Shown here piece after piece: positions 37,710-47,349 of a DNA stretch of 64,000 bases (positions are counted from its first letter, which is position 1; the number at the start of each line of letters is the position of its first letter). Made by a program: the position numbers and the translations under genes. The stretch lies in contig OZ242005.1 in assembly GCA_965204725.1 (NCBI GenBank), positions 4,256,001-4,320,000 of the forward strand. Reading direction: 5' to 3'. The notes beneath the pieces are model-generated. The model did no database searches, was not told the origin of the DNA, and was given only the letters and a program-made list of their open reading frames with translations. The DNA comes from Candidatus Latescibacterota bacterium (GTDB lineage Bacteria; Latescibacterota; UBA2968; UBA8231).

Positions 37710-39667
37710 ACTCCAAATTTTTCTGCCAGACGACGACGGGAATGTTCCTGCTCGTCTTAATTGCCCTCGCGCTCAATGGGCGCGACGCTTCGGCCGTGAT
37801 CGTTTACCGCATTGGTGCGCCCTTTTCCAAGGCGGAAAAGGATAGCTTGGAGAAGATCGGCATCGATCTCAGGGAGCTCGACTGGTCGGAAAACGCGCAG
37901 TTGGAGGACGCCCTCGACCCAGACTCGCTACAGGCGGGTGTGCTGCAGCCCAATTTTTTCGCAGAAGACGAGGATATCGCTGCAACGCTGTTGAGCAGAG
38001 ATGGCTGGGTGGCAGTGCAGCGAGAATCCGGGCGGTCCAACTACGACCCCACGGTCGGACACCTGCTGGTCGATCAGGACCCGACTACGGCGTACACGTG
38101 GGATGCCGCCGATGCAGCGACCTTCAACGTCGTTAGCGGTTCATTTTTGAGAGTGCATGTCGATTTGGGCGGGCGCTTCCTCATAAGGGAAGTGAGGCTC
38201 CTAGCGCCCAGTCCGGCCCACTTCCTAGAGCAATTGATTATTGGTGTCAGCGACGAGCGGTACGGTTTAGCTGCATACGTCCCGAATCTCCCAACAGTTG
38301 TGGAGATAAAGGACAATACGGAGGCCGAGATCCGCGTGGTTCTCGATAGACCCGTGACTACCCGCTTTGTGCAGTTGCGGATCATTCGGCAAACGCCCAA
38401 GGAGGTCGGGTTGGCCGCTTTCGAGTTGTACGGAGGAGGGTACGTGCGGCAGGCCTCCTACGAATCCGACGTCATCGAACTAGACGACATCGCCAGCTTG
38501 GGCGAGATCCGCTGGTCGGGACGGCAGGACCCTCACGCTCAGGTCGCCATCCGCACCCGGGCCGGCACCGACCCGCAGCCGGTCATTTTCTGGGAGACCC
38601 GCCCCGAGCAGCAGGACAACGTCAAGTTTCTCCAAGGGGGCGGCGATCTGAGTCTGACCGAGTACAAGCACCAGTACGATAGACTGGCTGATTTCCTCAA
38701 ACCGGAAGACGAGCAGGACAGGGTGCGCCCTGACACGGAGCACTGGAGCTTCTATTCGAGTCCATACGCGTTCGGGTCTCCCGGGGTCCCCATTGCATCC
38801 CCCGGTCCGCGGAAGTTTGTCCAGATCCGAGTGGATTTTGTCTCTACCACGGTTGAAGACGGGGGCAATATCAACTACATAGAGTTCAAGGCGTCGGTCC
38901 CGCCATCGGTTCGCCGCCTAGTAGGGGAGATGCACCCGATCGAGACCCAAGTGGGCGAAACGACGCAATTTACGTATTACATCAGTCCGACGATCCGGTC
39001 CACCGACCGCAGTTTTGACGGGGTGGAGATCGCGACGCCTTCAGGGGTGGTGTCGGTCGATTCGCTGCACATAGCTGGCGTCAATCAGGAGAATTTCTCG
39101 TGGACCATCCACGAAGACGGTCTGGGGTTTGAGGTTCTGCTCCCGCGCCGGCTGGAGCCGACGGACAGCGGTGCGCTGGTGGAGGTGGTATTCACCGCTC
39201 CGGTTCTGAGAGAAGTGGGCAACCTGTTTGCCGGCAGGGTGTTCGACACGGCTAGGCCGCACGAGGTGCGGCAGCGGGTCGTGCCGGGCAATGCGACCGA
39301 TGCGATCGCGAGCGATCGCTTGTCGGTGAGAACGGCTCTGAGCGAATCGCTGGTGTTTTCGCCTCGGATCGCGCCGAATCCGTTCACGCCAAACGGCGAT
39401 GGGGTGAATGAGGTGGTGAACATATCGTACAAGCTGCTGCGGTTGACCTCAGCGGTGCCGGTGTCGCTCGAGATCTACGATCTGTCGGGCCGGCGGGTGA
39501 GGCGGGTGCATGAGGGGGAAGATCCAGTGGGTGAGTACAACCACGTGTGGGATGGCCGGGACGACTCGAACGGCTTGGTGCCGTCGGGGCTGTATCTGTA
39601 CCGGCTGGTGGTAGATGGGCAGTCAGAGAGGGAGACCCGCAGCGGCGTCGTTGCGGTGGCCTATTGA
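37706..39667 (+). CDS. Secreted protein with PNPFTPNGDG/FlgD-Ig C-terminal domain (paralogue 1)
   Basis: Signal peptide; APNPFTPNGDGVNE, IYDLSGRRV, WDGRD..G..VPSGLYLYR, ends VAVAY. Confidence 0.85.
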   Translation: MNSKFFCQTTTGMFLLVLIALALNGRDASAVIVYRIGAPFSKAEKDSLEKIGIDLRELDWSENAQLEDALDPDSLQAGVLQPNFFAEDEDIAATLLSRDGWVAVQRESGRSNYDPTVGHLLVDQDPTTAYTWDAADAATFNVVSGSFLRVHVDLGGRFLIREVRLLAPSPAHFLEQLIIGVSDERYGLAAYVPNLPTVVEIKDNTEAEIRVVLDRPVTTRFVQLRIIRQTPKEVGLAAFELYGGGYVRQASYESDVIELDDIASLGEIRWSGRQDPHAQVAIRTRAGTDPQPVIFWETRPEQQDNVKFLQGGGDLSLTEYKHQYDRLADFLKPEDEQDRVRPDTEHWSFYSSPYAFGSPGVPIASPGPRKFVQIRVDFVSTTVEDGGNINYIEFKASVPPSVRRLVGEMHPIETQVGETTQFTYYISPTIRSTDRSFDGVEIATPSGVVSVDSLHIAGVNQENFSWTIHEDGLGFEVLLPRRLEPTDSGALVEVVFTAPVLREVGNLFAGRVFDTARPHEVRQRVVPGNATDAIASDRLSVRTALSESLVFSPRIAPNPFTPNGDGVNEVVNISYKLLRLTSAVPVSLEIYDLSGRRVRRVHEGEDPVGEYNHVWDGRDDSNGLVPSGLYLYRLVVDGQSERETRSGVVAVAY

Positions 39668-41193
39668 CAATCGTTTTTTTTAGTCGCCCTGAGTTTCGCG
39701 GTATCGTCGGCTGTGCGGCATTCGCTGTCTGCTTCCTGATATGCACCCAGCCGCTTCTCGGCGGGGAATCCGCCGGTGAACACCACTACAGACTCGGTCT
39801 GCGCCATCTGCAGAGCGGTGACTTCGAGAGTGCCGAGCGGGAATACAAGAAAGCGATCGCGATGGACTCGACGGACCTTCGCCCGCGCGATGGCCTCGGT
39901 TTCATCTATGCTCTACAGAATAGATTCCAAGAGGCAGAGGCAGAATTCGAGCGAGTACTGGAGATTGACCCCGACTACGCGCCGTCTCTCTACAAGCTGG
40001 GAAAGATCTTCCTGATTCGCCAAGATCGCGAAAAAGCGAAGGATGCCTACGAAAGAGCAATCGCATCTGAGCCGACCTACTTCCCCGCTCATCACGGGCT
40101 CGGCATGATCTACTCGCAGGAGGGAAAACCGGCCGCGGCGGCCGAGCACTTCAAGACTGTGCTCCGGCTCAAGCCCGACTACGGCCCCTCTCGCTACCGA
40201 CTTGGAGCCATCTATCTTCAGGAACAGGAATACGCCAAAGCGATAGAAGAACTGCAACAGGCTGCAAAGCTGATCGAGAATGAACCGTCGGTCCACTACA
40301 TCTTGGGAAATGCGTACATGACCATCGGCAGACTGAGCGAAGCGGCAGACGCATTTGCCGCAACCCTACAGCTCGACCCCCGTCGTGCAGACGCGCACGA
40401 CAAGCTGGGCCTCGTCTATACCGAACAGTCACATGTGCCCTTGGGAGCGGCAATGGCAGACCAAGACAAACTCGCTGCCGCCGTGCAGGAACACCGCAAG
40501 GCGGTTGAGCTGGCCCCCGACAACGGCTGGTTCCAGCACAACCTCGGCATGGCCTATGAGCGGCAGCGCAATTACGAGGAAGCGGCGGCGCAGTACAGAA
40601 AGGCCCTGACGGTGGATCCCGACCTTGCGTACCCGCGCTACCGCCTCGGTATGATTTACTCCAGAAGCAGGAAATACGAGGAGGCTGTCGATCAGTACAG
40701 GCAGGCAATCGAGCGCGAGCCGGACAACGCGCTCTTCCACTACGCCTTGGGAGCGGTGTATGCCCGGACCGGAAGCGCCCAAGCGGCGATCGCGGCGTAT
40801 GAAAAGGCCATCGAACTCGACTACTTCAACACAGAAGCGCATTTCGGGCTTGCCAACGCCTATCTCAAGCAAGGGAATCGCGAAGAGGGCGAGAGGGCGA
40901 TGCAGATATTCCAAAAGCAGCGCGAAGGCAACATCGCCGCCCTCGAACGCAACGTCGCCTTGGTCCCCGACAATCCGCAGTTTCACTTCGAGCTCGCTGT
41001 GCATTATTCCAGACAGGGGCGGGACATCAGTGCCATCAATGAGTACAAGCTCGCCATCGCTCTCGACCCTACCAATGCCGAGTACCATCGCCGCCTCGGC
41101 GACGCCTACCTGAAAACGGGCCGGTACCATGAAGCGGACGAGCAGTTCGAGATCGCTCGCCGACTGGAGCCGACAGACGAGAACGGACCATGA
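39664..41193 (+). CDS. Secreted TPR-repeat protein
   Basis: Many canonical 34-aa TPRs; start uncertain (TTG overlapping the previous stop chosen). Confidence 0.85.
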   Translation: MTIVFFSRPEFRGIVGCAAFAVCFLICTQPLLGGESAGEHHYRLGLRHLQSGDFESAEREYKKAIAMDSTDLRPRDGLGFIYALQNRFQEAEAEFERVLEIDPDYAPSLYKLGKIFLIRQDREKAKDAYERAIASEPTYFPAHHGLGMIYSQEGKPAAAAEHFKTVLRLKPDYGPSRYRLGAIYLQEQEYAKAIEELQQAAKLIENEPSVHYILGNAYMTIGRLSEAADAFAATLQLDPRRADAHDKLGLVYTEQSHVPLGAAMADQDKLAAAVQEHRKAVELAPDNGWFQHNLGMAYERQRNYEEAAAQYRKALTVDPDLAYPRYRLGMIYSRSRKYEEAVDQYRQAIEREPDNALFHYALGAVYARTGSAQAAIAAYEKAIELDYFNTEAHFGLANAYLKQGNREEGERAMQIFQKQREGNIAALERNVALVPDNPQFHFELAVHYSRQGRDISAINEYKLAIALDPTNAEYHRRLGDAYLKTGRYHEADEQFEIARRLEPTDENGP

Positions 41194-42932
41194 GCCGCCC
41201 CCGAATGGCTCGCGGATCTCGCCTCTACGCCTCCGGGCTCTATTTTCTCATCTCGATCGCCCCCTGTGCCCGCTTGCAGGCTGCCGACGACGGGCTCGGC
41301 CCCCGGGTACAGTTTGTCGATGTCGCGGCCGAGGTCGGCGTCACCTTGATGAATGTATCCGGTGATGGCGAACAGCAGTACGTAGTTGATGCCTTCATGG
41401 GGGGAGCGGCCTTCTTCGACTCCGACCGGGACGGGGACTTGGATCTGTATGTGCTAAACGGGTCGAGAGTGGGAGGATTTCCCGGCCGAGACCGCCCGCG
41501 CAATGCCCTCTACCGCAACGAGGGCGCGACGTTTTCAAACGCCACAGAAGAATCGGGCCTCGGGGACACCGGTTGGGGAATGGGCTGCGCCGTGGCCGAT
41601 TACGACAACGACGGGGATGCGGACCTCTACGTGACCAACTACGGCAACAACGCGCTGTACGAAAATCGGGGCGATGGGGCCTTTGCCGATGTCGCGCAGC
41701 ACACAGGAGTCTTGGGTGCTGAGGCTTTCAGCACCGGATGTGCTTTCTTCGACTCCGACCGCGATGGAGATCTCGACCTGTATGTGGCGAACTACGTCGA
41801 TTTCGATCACTTCATGCAAACCACTCCCGACAGGAGGCACGAGTGGCGGGGGTTGACCGTCCATTTCGGGCCTCACGGGATGCGAGGGGCGGCGGATGTA
41901 TTCTACCGCAACGAGGGCGAGGGCGTCTTTTCCGATGCGACGGCCGGAGCCGGTCTTGTGGAGCGAGACCTGCTGTACGGACTCGGTGTCGTTGCGGGAG
42001 ACTACGACAACGATGGCGACTCGGATATTTACGTAGCCAACGATACAGGCCCCAACTATCTCTACGAGAACAAGGGCGACGGGACCTTTACCGACGTGGC
42101 TTGGATAAAGGGTGCGGCATACGGCGAGGGCGGCGAGCCTCAAGGGTGCATGGGCATTGCCTTCGGAGACTACGACAACGACGAGTATCTAGACATATTG
42201 GTCACCAACTTCTGGGAAGAGACGAACACCCTGTATCACAACGACGGAGGGCGATTTTTCTCGGATCTCACTTTTGATGCGGGCGTGGGGTTGGAGAGCT
42301 TCCAGTTCCTCGCCTGGGGCACCGGGTTCTTCGACTACGACAACGATGGCGATAAGGATCTTTTCGTCGCCAACGGCCATGTCTATCCGCAGGTCGATAG
42401 GGCAAACTTGGGAGTCAGCTATGCCCAGACCAATCAGCTATTTGAAAATATGGGAGATGGCACCTTTGCCGAAGTGTCCCTGACTTCGGGCGCGGGACTG
42501 CAACTCAAGAAGGTAAGCAGGGGTGCTTCTTTCGGGGATTACGATGAGGATGGCGATCTCGACATATTCGTCCTAGATCTCAACGATCGCCCGACGCTGC
42601 TGCGCAACGACGGGGGCGATCGCAACAACTATCTGATAGTCCGGGCGGAAGGCACCGAGAGCAACAGGGACGGCATCGGCACTCGGGTAAAACTCCGCTG
42701 TGGGGATGTGACTCAGGTCAATGAGGTGCGGAGCGGTTCGAGCTATCTATCGCAGAACGACCCGCGGGCTCACTTCGGCTTGGGCGAGTGCATTACGATA
42801 GACCGACTCGAAGTATTCTGGCCGAGCGGTCTGGTCGAGAGCTTTGAAGATCTGCCCGCCAACACGGTCTTGGTGATTCGCGAGGGAAGCGGAATCGTTC
42901 AGCAGAGCCAAGACGGCCCTACTGCACGGTAA
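41190..42932 (+). CDS. CRTAC1-family protein (FG-GAP repeats plus ASPIC/UnbV domain)
   Basis: Repeated DYDNDGD.D.YV.N; SNRDGIG, GSSYLSQ, HFGLG, V.WPSG. Confidence 0.92.
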   Translation: MSRPRMARGSRLYASGLYFLISIAPCARLQAADDGLGPRVQFVDVAAEVGVTLMNVSGDGEQQYVVDAFMGGAAFFDSDRDGDLDLYVLNGSRVGGFPGRDRPRNALYRNEGATFSNATEESGLGDTGWGMGCAVADYDNDGDADLYVTNYGNNALYENRGDGAFADVAQHTGVLGAEAFSTGCAFFDSDRDGDLDLYVANYVDFDHFMQTTPDRRHEWRGLTVHFGPHGMRGAADVFYRNEGEGVFSDATAGAGLVERDLLYGLGVVAGDYDNDGDSDIYVANDTGPNYLYENKGDGTFTDVAWIKGAAYGEGGEPQGCMGIAFGDYDNDEYLDILVTNFWEETNTLYHNDGGRFFSDLTFDAGVGLESFQFLAWGTGFFDYDNDGDKDLFVANGHVYPQVDRANLGVSYAQTNQLFENMGDGTFAEVSLTSGAGLQLKKVSRGASFGDYDEDGDLDIFVLDLNDRPTLLRNDGGDRNNYLIVRAEGTESNRDGIGTRVKLRCGDVTQVNEVRSGSSYLSQNDPRAHFGLGECITIDRLEVFWPSGLVESFEDLPANTVLVIREGSGIVQQSQDGPTAR

Positions 42933-44580
42933 ACGCCGCCGCGAGCCGGTCCTCGTGGATTGACACTTCTGACTCGTAGCGGCGGCGCAGTTCTTCTATG
43001 TACTCGTTGAACGCGTTCCGGTGTCTCTCGCGTCTGAGCTGCGATCGGACCCTCAGTTCCGCTTCGGCGAAGGTCTCGCGCTTGCGTTCCCGGGAGAGCA
43101 CCTTGAAGATGGAGTAGCCCTCCTGCACCTCGACCGGTCCCGTGAGCTCGCCGACTTCGGCCTCAACCGCCGCTTCCACGAAGCCGCCGAACTGGGGCGA
43201 TTCGTAACGATGCACGTGGAATCGACCCTCGTCATCGCGCACCTTGAGCGATCGAATCGAATGCCTCTTCGCTAGGTCGCCAAAAGCGGCACCGTCCTCG
43301 ATCATCCCTTTCAACCGCAGTGCTTCTATTTCTGTTCGGACGAGGATCTCCTGCACCTCGGTCTGTTCGGGATGCAGGAGTCTCTCAGCGTTGGCCTCGT
43401 AGTACTGGCGCAGGTCGTCTTCAGTGATAGTCACCCTCTCCTTTAACACGTAGGCTCTGAGGCTTCTGATCAACACCTGCTTCCCCTGCTCTTTGAGCCA
43501 TTGGGCCACCTCCGCTTCGCGATCGATCCCTTGGCGCACAGCCGCCTCCTGAATCATTACATCCGGGACGATGTACCGCTCGACAAAGGCGACCACCTGC
43601 TCGGCGTCGCGGAGTGTCTCTAGGACATTGCCCTTGCGGCTTTTGGCCGTGCCGATGAGATCTGCCGCTGTGATCGCTCCGCCGTCGTACTGGTAGAGGG
43701 CGATAGCAGATGGGTCGTGGCCGACATCCGCCGCACCGGAGCGCAGTACCTCAACGGCCGCGGCGATGCCGTCTCGGACCGGCTCGAGGCGGTATCTGTC
43801 CCTCAATTCCGCGACCAACTCAGCCTTCGCGCTTTCGCGCTTCTTTCGCCCGAGTTCTTCGGCGATTCTCTTCCGCTGCCGCGGATTGAGCTGAGCGGTC
43901 GTCTCATCGAGGATCTTGAAGACGACGTATCGGTCACCGATTTGAACCGGATCCGACACCGAGCCTACCGCGAGCCCAAACAGCTTCTCGGCGAGGCCGG
44001 GAATCATCTCGTCCCTAGTGGCGAACCGGCCTGTGTCCCCGCCCCGGGCCGCGGTCTCTTCGTTCATCGACAGCTTCCTCGCGAGGTCCGCGAAGCTCGC
44101 CCCTCCCGCGATCTCCCTCACAGCCTTCTCTGCTGTCTCGAGGTCGGCGACGAAGATGTCGCCCAGTCTGATAGCGCGGGCGAGTCTCTCCCGGTCTATG
44201 TACTCTTCTACTTCACCGTCTTCTACCGTTGCGTCGATCGTTCTGCGCTCGTACTCACCGACGAGCTTCGCCTTCCTGATTCGGATCATCCTAGTCAGGT
44301 AGGCGGAGCTCGTCTCGATGCCTTGGCTTCGGGCTTCCATCACCAGCAGTTCTGTGTCGATCATGGTCTGTAGATGGTCTCTCAACGGCACCTCCCCGGC
44401 TTCTCCACCCTTGGCGTACTCGGGCAGTCTGGCGAGGAAGTCCCGCACGTCCTGTACCGTGATCGTCTGGTCGCCAACCGCCGCGACCGTGGGATTTTCA
44501 TCCTGCGGTCCGCAGCCTGTGCAAATTAAGAGGAGCGCTAGGCTACCTAGTGCTCCGCAGCAGAAAGAAAAAGCGTGCAT
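42919..44580 (-). CDS. Lipoprotein foldase with two parvulin (PpiC) PPIase domains
   Basis: CTGC lipobox; GASFADLARKLS, GGDTG, AFGDLAKRHS, GELTGPV; start MHAFSF at 44580. Confidence 0.87.
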   Translation of the reverse strand: MHAFSFCCGALGSLALLLICTGCGPQDENPTVAAVGDQTITVQDVRDFLARLPEYAKGGEAGEVPLRDHLQTMIDTELLVMEARSQGIETSSAYLTRMIRIRKAKLVGEYERRTIDATVEDGEVEEYIDRERLARAIRLGDIFVADLETAEKAVREIAGGASFADLARKLSMNEETAARGGDTGRFATRDEMIPGLAEKLFGLAVGSVSDPVQIGDRYVVFKILDETTAQLNPRQRKRIAEELGRKKRESAKAELVAELRDRYRLEPVRDGIAAAVEVLRSGAADVGHDPSAIALYQYDGGAITAADLIGTAKSRKGNVLETLRDAEQVVAFVERYIVPDVMIQEAAVRQGIDREAEVAQWLKEQGKQVLIRSLRAYVLKERVTITEDDLRQYYEANAERLLHPEQTEVQEILVRTEIEALRLKGMIEDGAAFGDLAKRHSIRSLKVRDDEGRFHVHRYESPQFGGFVEAAVEAEVGELTGPVEVQEGYSIFKVLSRERKRETFAEAELRVRSQLRRERHRNAFNEYIEELRRRYESEVSIHEDRLAAAFTVQ

Positions 44581-44612
44581 CGAGCACCTCCACTCAAGTT
44601 CGCGTCTATGCC

Positions 44613-47321
44613 CTAATCTAGACCGGCGTACATCGTGGCAAAGGACACGCTGCCCGTCTCGGTCTCGCCATCTATTGATCTTCTGGTCAATCTCATACCC
44701 ATGTTCGTCAACAGCCGGTAACCGAGGTAGTTGGTGACGTTCGAGAACTGCACCGCTCCGACGATCTCGGTGAAATCGTCCAAGAGTCCCTCCTTGACCG
44801 CGGTCTCTGATTTGCGCAGTTGGTTGAAGATCGTGTACTCCACACCGACCTGCATGGTGGAAGAAGAAAAGAGCGGCCATCGCGCCAGCAGGGAGAACAG
44901 CAGCGTGTCTTCCCTGCGCTCGGGATCAGACCTGAACGCCGGAGCCTCCAGCCTGAGTTCGTTCTTTATTCTCGGCATGAGATCGACATAGGCGACCTTG
45001 CGCTCGAGGTCCACCTTGTTGATGAGACCTAAGAAGGTGGAGTCCTCGCGCAGATCGGGCTGCCGTTTGTTCTGGTGCCAGTGATCGTACTTGAACTTAC
45101 TGACGAAATTCACATTCTCGATCTTGGTGTACTTAAAGCTCAGGAACGTCGAGTTTATCCACGTGTCTTGAGCCGCTAGGGGATCGACGGTTGGAACGTT
45201 CCGCCGCTCGAACTCGCTCCACTGGCGAAGATCGTTCTCGATGTTGTCCTTGGCGCTTCTGAAGTTCTCGTAGATCTTCAGCCTGCCAAGACCCGGATAG
45301 TCCCGTTCCAAGGTGAAAAGCACGTAGTTCGTCGCGTTCTCCCCGTCACCTGCAATCAGCCTCTCATCCGTGCGTCCGACGGTCAGCCTGATGCCCGGAA
45401 GCAGATCGACGCCGCCGTAGATGTTGTATCCTTCGTGGTCCCTCGGGTAGGGAAAATCCGGCTCATCATCGTTTTCAAACCGATCTACCCAGAGGTTGTT
45501 GTTCATATCCAATCCGAACAGGTACTCCGGCCGGTCTGTTCCGTATTTCAAGAACGGCTCGTCGTAATCCGGGACGAGATTGGGAAGGTCTTCGCTGTCG
45601 TTCTGGTTGAAATCGGATATGAAGTCGAGGTTTTCGTCGTACCCGGGAAACACTTCGACATCTATGTTTTGGAATATCCTCTGCCAGTCGGGGAATCGGT
45701 CCTGATCGTCGTTGTCGTCAACGAGCTCGTAGAAGAACCTCCCCTCGTCCGAGTAGTCTATGTTGGTCTCGCCCCTAGCCAAGATGGCACTGGTGTTGTA
45801 GTTGTGGGCCATGCTGTAGGCTTCGCCGAAGAAGAAGAACGGCTGGCCGATTTTCGATAGATTCAACATCCAGCCATCGCCTTGGTCAGAGGCCCCCAAG
45901 TGCTTGGTGTGCGCCCTGTTGGGGTACTTCCTGTAACTCACACTGCGGTCCCATTCTCCGTACAAGTCGAATCCCCAGAGGCGGGTCGCCTCCAGCGTAA
46001 ATCCGAATATCTCGGTGGCCGTCGGCAGACCATAGGGGATCTTCAGGACGGTCAGGTTGGAGCCATCCTTGACGTTATCATCGGCTCTGGCAGCGAGCAG
46101 ATAGACGTTGGCCAACTGCCGGTCGAACTGGCGGTTCGAGGTCGTCTCGATTCTGTAGTCGTTGGCAACTACCAGCTCGAATGTCACCCTTCTTATCTCC
46201 GACGGATCCGGGCCGGTGTACGTCGCCACCGAGAAGTCGTAGATCAGTTCGATCTGCTCGGAGCCGCTCGCCTCCCAAAACCCCAGCCTCTGAAAGCCGC
46301 CCTGGGGCGCGGGAATCAGCCCGACGTCGCTGGCCCGGACGGTCTCCCTCTCGAAACTCACCTCCCCCGTTTCATCGATCGTTTCGACGTCGGCCTCTAT
46401 GATCAGGTCCCACGCAAACAGCGTGGCACCGCCTTCGTTGTCCTCTGGCGAGTCGTCTGAGAGTCGCACGAAGACCTCGGTGACGTTCTCCGCGTTCTGA
46501 CTGGAGGCGATCGAACCGCTTCGCGGGCTACCCTCGAAGGCGTCGAGGAGCTGAGAGGAGTTGTGGGCGCTCACGTGGTTGACGCCGAGTTTGAGATAAT
46601 CTCCAACTTGGGTCGTCGCACGTCGGCCGGTCAGGGTCGTCGAGTTCGTCTGCTGGTTATTGGGGCTTCGCGAGCCGGCGGCACCCGGCGAGCTGACCCG
46701 CGAGAGGAGCGCCGTTACTTCGTACTTGTCGGACTGATAGTCGATCTGGATGCCATCGAACGCCGGCTTGGAGAAGGTCATCGGGGTCAGGGTCGACCGG
46801 ATCTCGTCGCCGATGGTGATGGCCAGATTGTGCTGTCCCTTCTGATCGGAGGCTATGACCAGATTGCTGAAGAAACTCTGGAACCGTCCGGTCTTGAACA
46901 GATTGCTTCCCCCCTGCTGGGGCTGGGTCTGGCTCCAGTCGTAGATCAGCCATCCTCTGGTGATGTACGAACCGTAGATGTCGTAGAAGTAGTCCCCCTC
47001 GAGATTGATCGATACATAGCGCTGGTAGTGATCTCTCGCGTAGTTGCTGTACTCCCACTGCTTCCACTGATATTCGCGAAACAGCTCCTGTGGGACGTAC
47101 CACTTTTTGACCGCGGGGTCTAGTGCGCCGAACAAGACGCCGGGCCCCGTCGGTTCAAACGTGAGCGCGCCGCCGCGGTGAACCCCCTTTATCCGATCTC
47201 GATCAGGACCTTGGGCTTCCGAGCGAGTGTTGTGCAGCAGAATTGCCGAGACGATGATGCACCAGATGGCCAGTGTACCGATTAGGCGCATCGCACCTCT
47301 GACTGTATGACCGGTCACCAT
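44613..47321 (-). CDS. Large exported protein, putative outer-membrane beta-barrel with acidic Ca-binding-like loops
   Basis: Signal peptide; amphipathic strand patterns in the C-terminal third; DDNDDQDRFPD and DENLDFISDFNQND segments; GGGGAG SD. Confidence 0.7.
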   Translation of the reverse strand: MVTGHTVRGAMRLIGTLAIWCIIVSAILLHNTRSEAQGPDRDRIKGVHRGGALTFEPTGPGVLFGALDPAVKKWYVPQELFREYQWKQWEYSNYARDHYQRYVSINLEGDYFYDIYGSYITRGWLIYDWSQTQPQQGGSNLFKTGRFQSFFSNLVIASDQKGQHNLAITIGDEIRSTLTPMTFSKPAFDGIQIDYQSDKYEVTALLSRVSSPGAAGSRSPNNQQTNSTTLTGRRATTQVGDYLKLGVNHVSAHNSSQLLDAFEGSPRSGSIASSQNAENVTEVFVRLSDDSPEDNEGGATLFAWDLIIEADVETIDETGEVSFERETVRASDVGLIPAPQGGFQRLGFWEASGSEQIELIYDFSVATYTGPDPSEIRRVTFELVVANDYRIETTSNRQFDRQLANVYLLAARADDNVKDGSNLTVLKIPYGLPTATEIFGFTLEATRLWGFDLYGEWDRSVSYRKYPNRAHTKHLGASDQGDGWMLNLSKIGQPFFFFGEAYSMAHNYNTSAILARGETNIDYSDEGRFFYELVDDNDDQDRFPDWQRIFQNIDVEVFPGYDENLDFISDFNQNDSEDLPNLVPDYDEPFLKYGTDRPEYLFGLDMNNNLWVDRFENDDEPDFPYPRDHEGYNIYGGVDLLPGIRLTVGRTDERLIAGDGENATNYVLFTLERDYPGLGRLKIYENFRSAKDNIENDLRQWSEFERRNVPTVDPLAAQDTWINSTFLSFKYTKIENVNFVSKFKYDHWHQNKRQPDLREDSTFLGLINKVDLERKVAYVDLMPRIKNELRLEAPAFRSDPERREDTLLFSLLARWPLFSSSTMQVGVEYTIFNQLRKSETAVKEGLLDDFTEIVGAVQFSNVTNYLGYRLLTNMGMRLTRRSIDGETETGSVSFATMYAGLD

Positions 47322-47349
47322 TTGACTCCCCCTTACCTTTCGCGAAAAA

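Noticed and set aside
39674-39681. T8 tract near the TPR gene start, considered as a phase-variation site
   Set aside because: Short tract, uncertain start codon and no frameshift evident
41400-42580. Recurrent GACTACGACAACGA-like DNA repeats
   Set aside because: They encode FG-GAP DYDNDGD motifs with irregular spacing; not CRISPR
44581-44880. Upstream extensions of the PPIase ORF (and similarly of the 47489, 60418, 25347 and 7804 starts)
   Set aside because: They overlap neighbouring genes or regulatory DNA; downstream starts have SD sequences, signal peptides or family-typical N-termini
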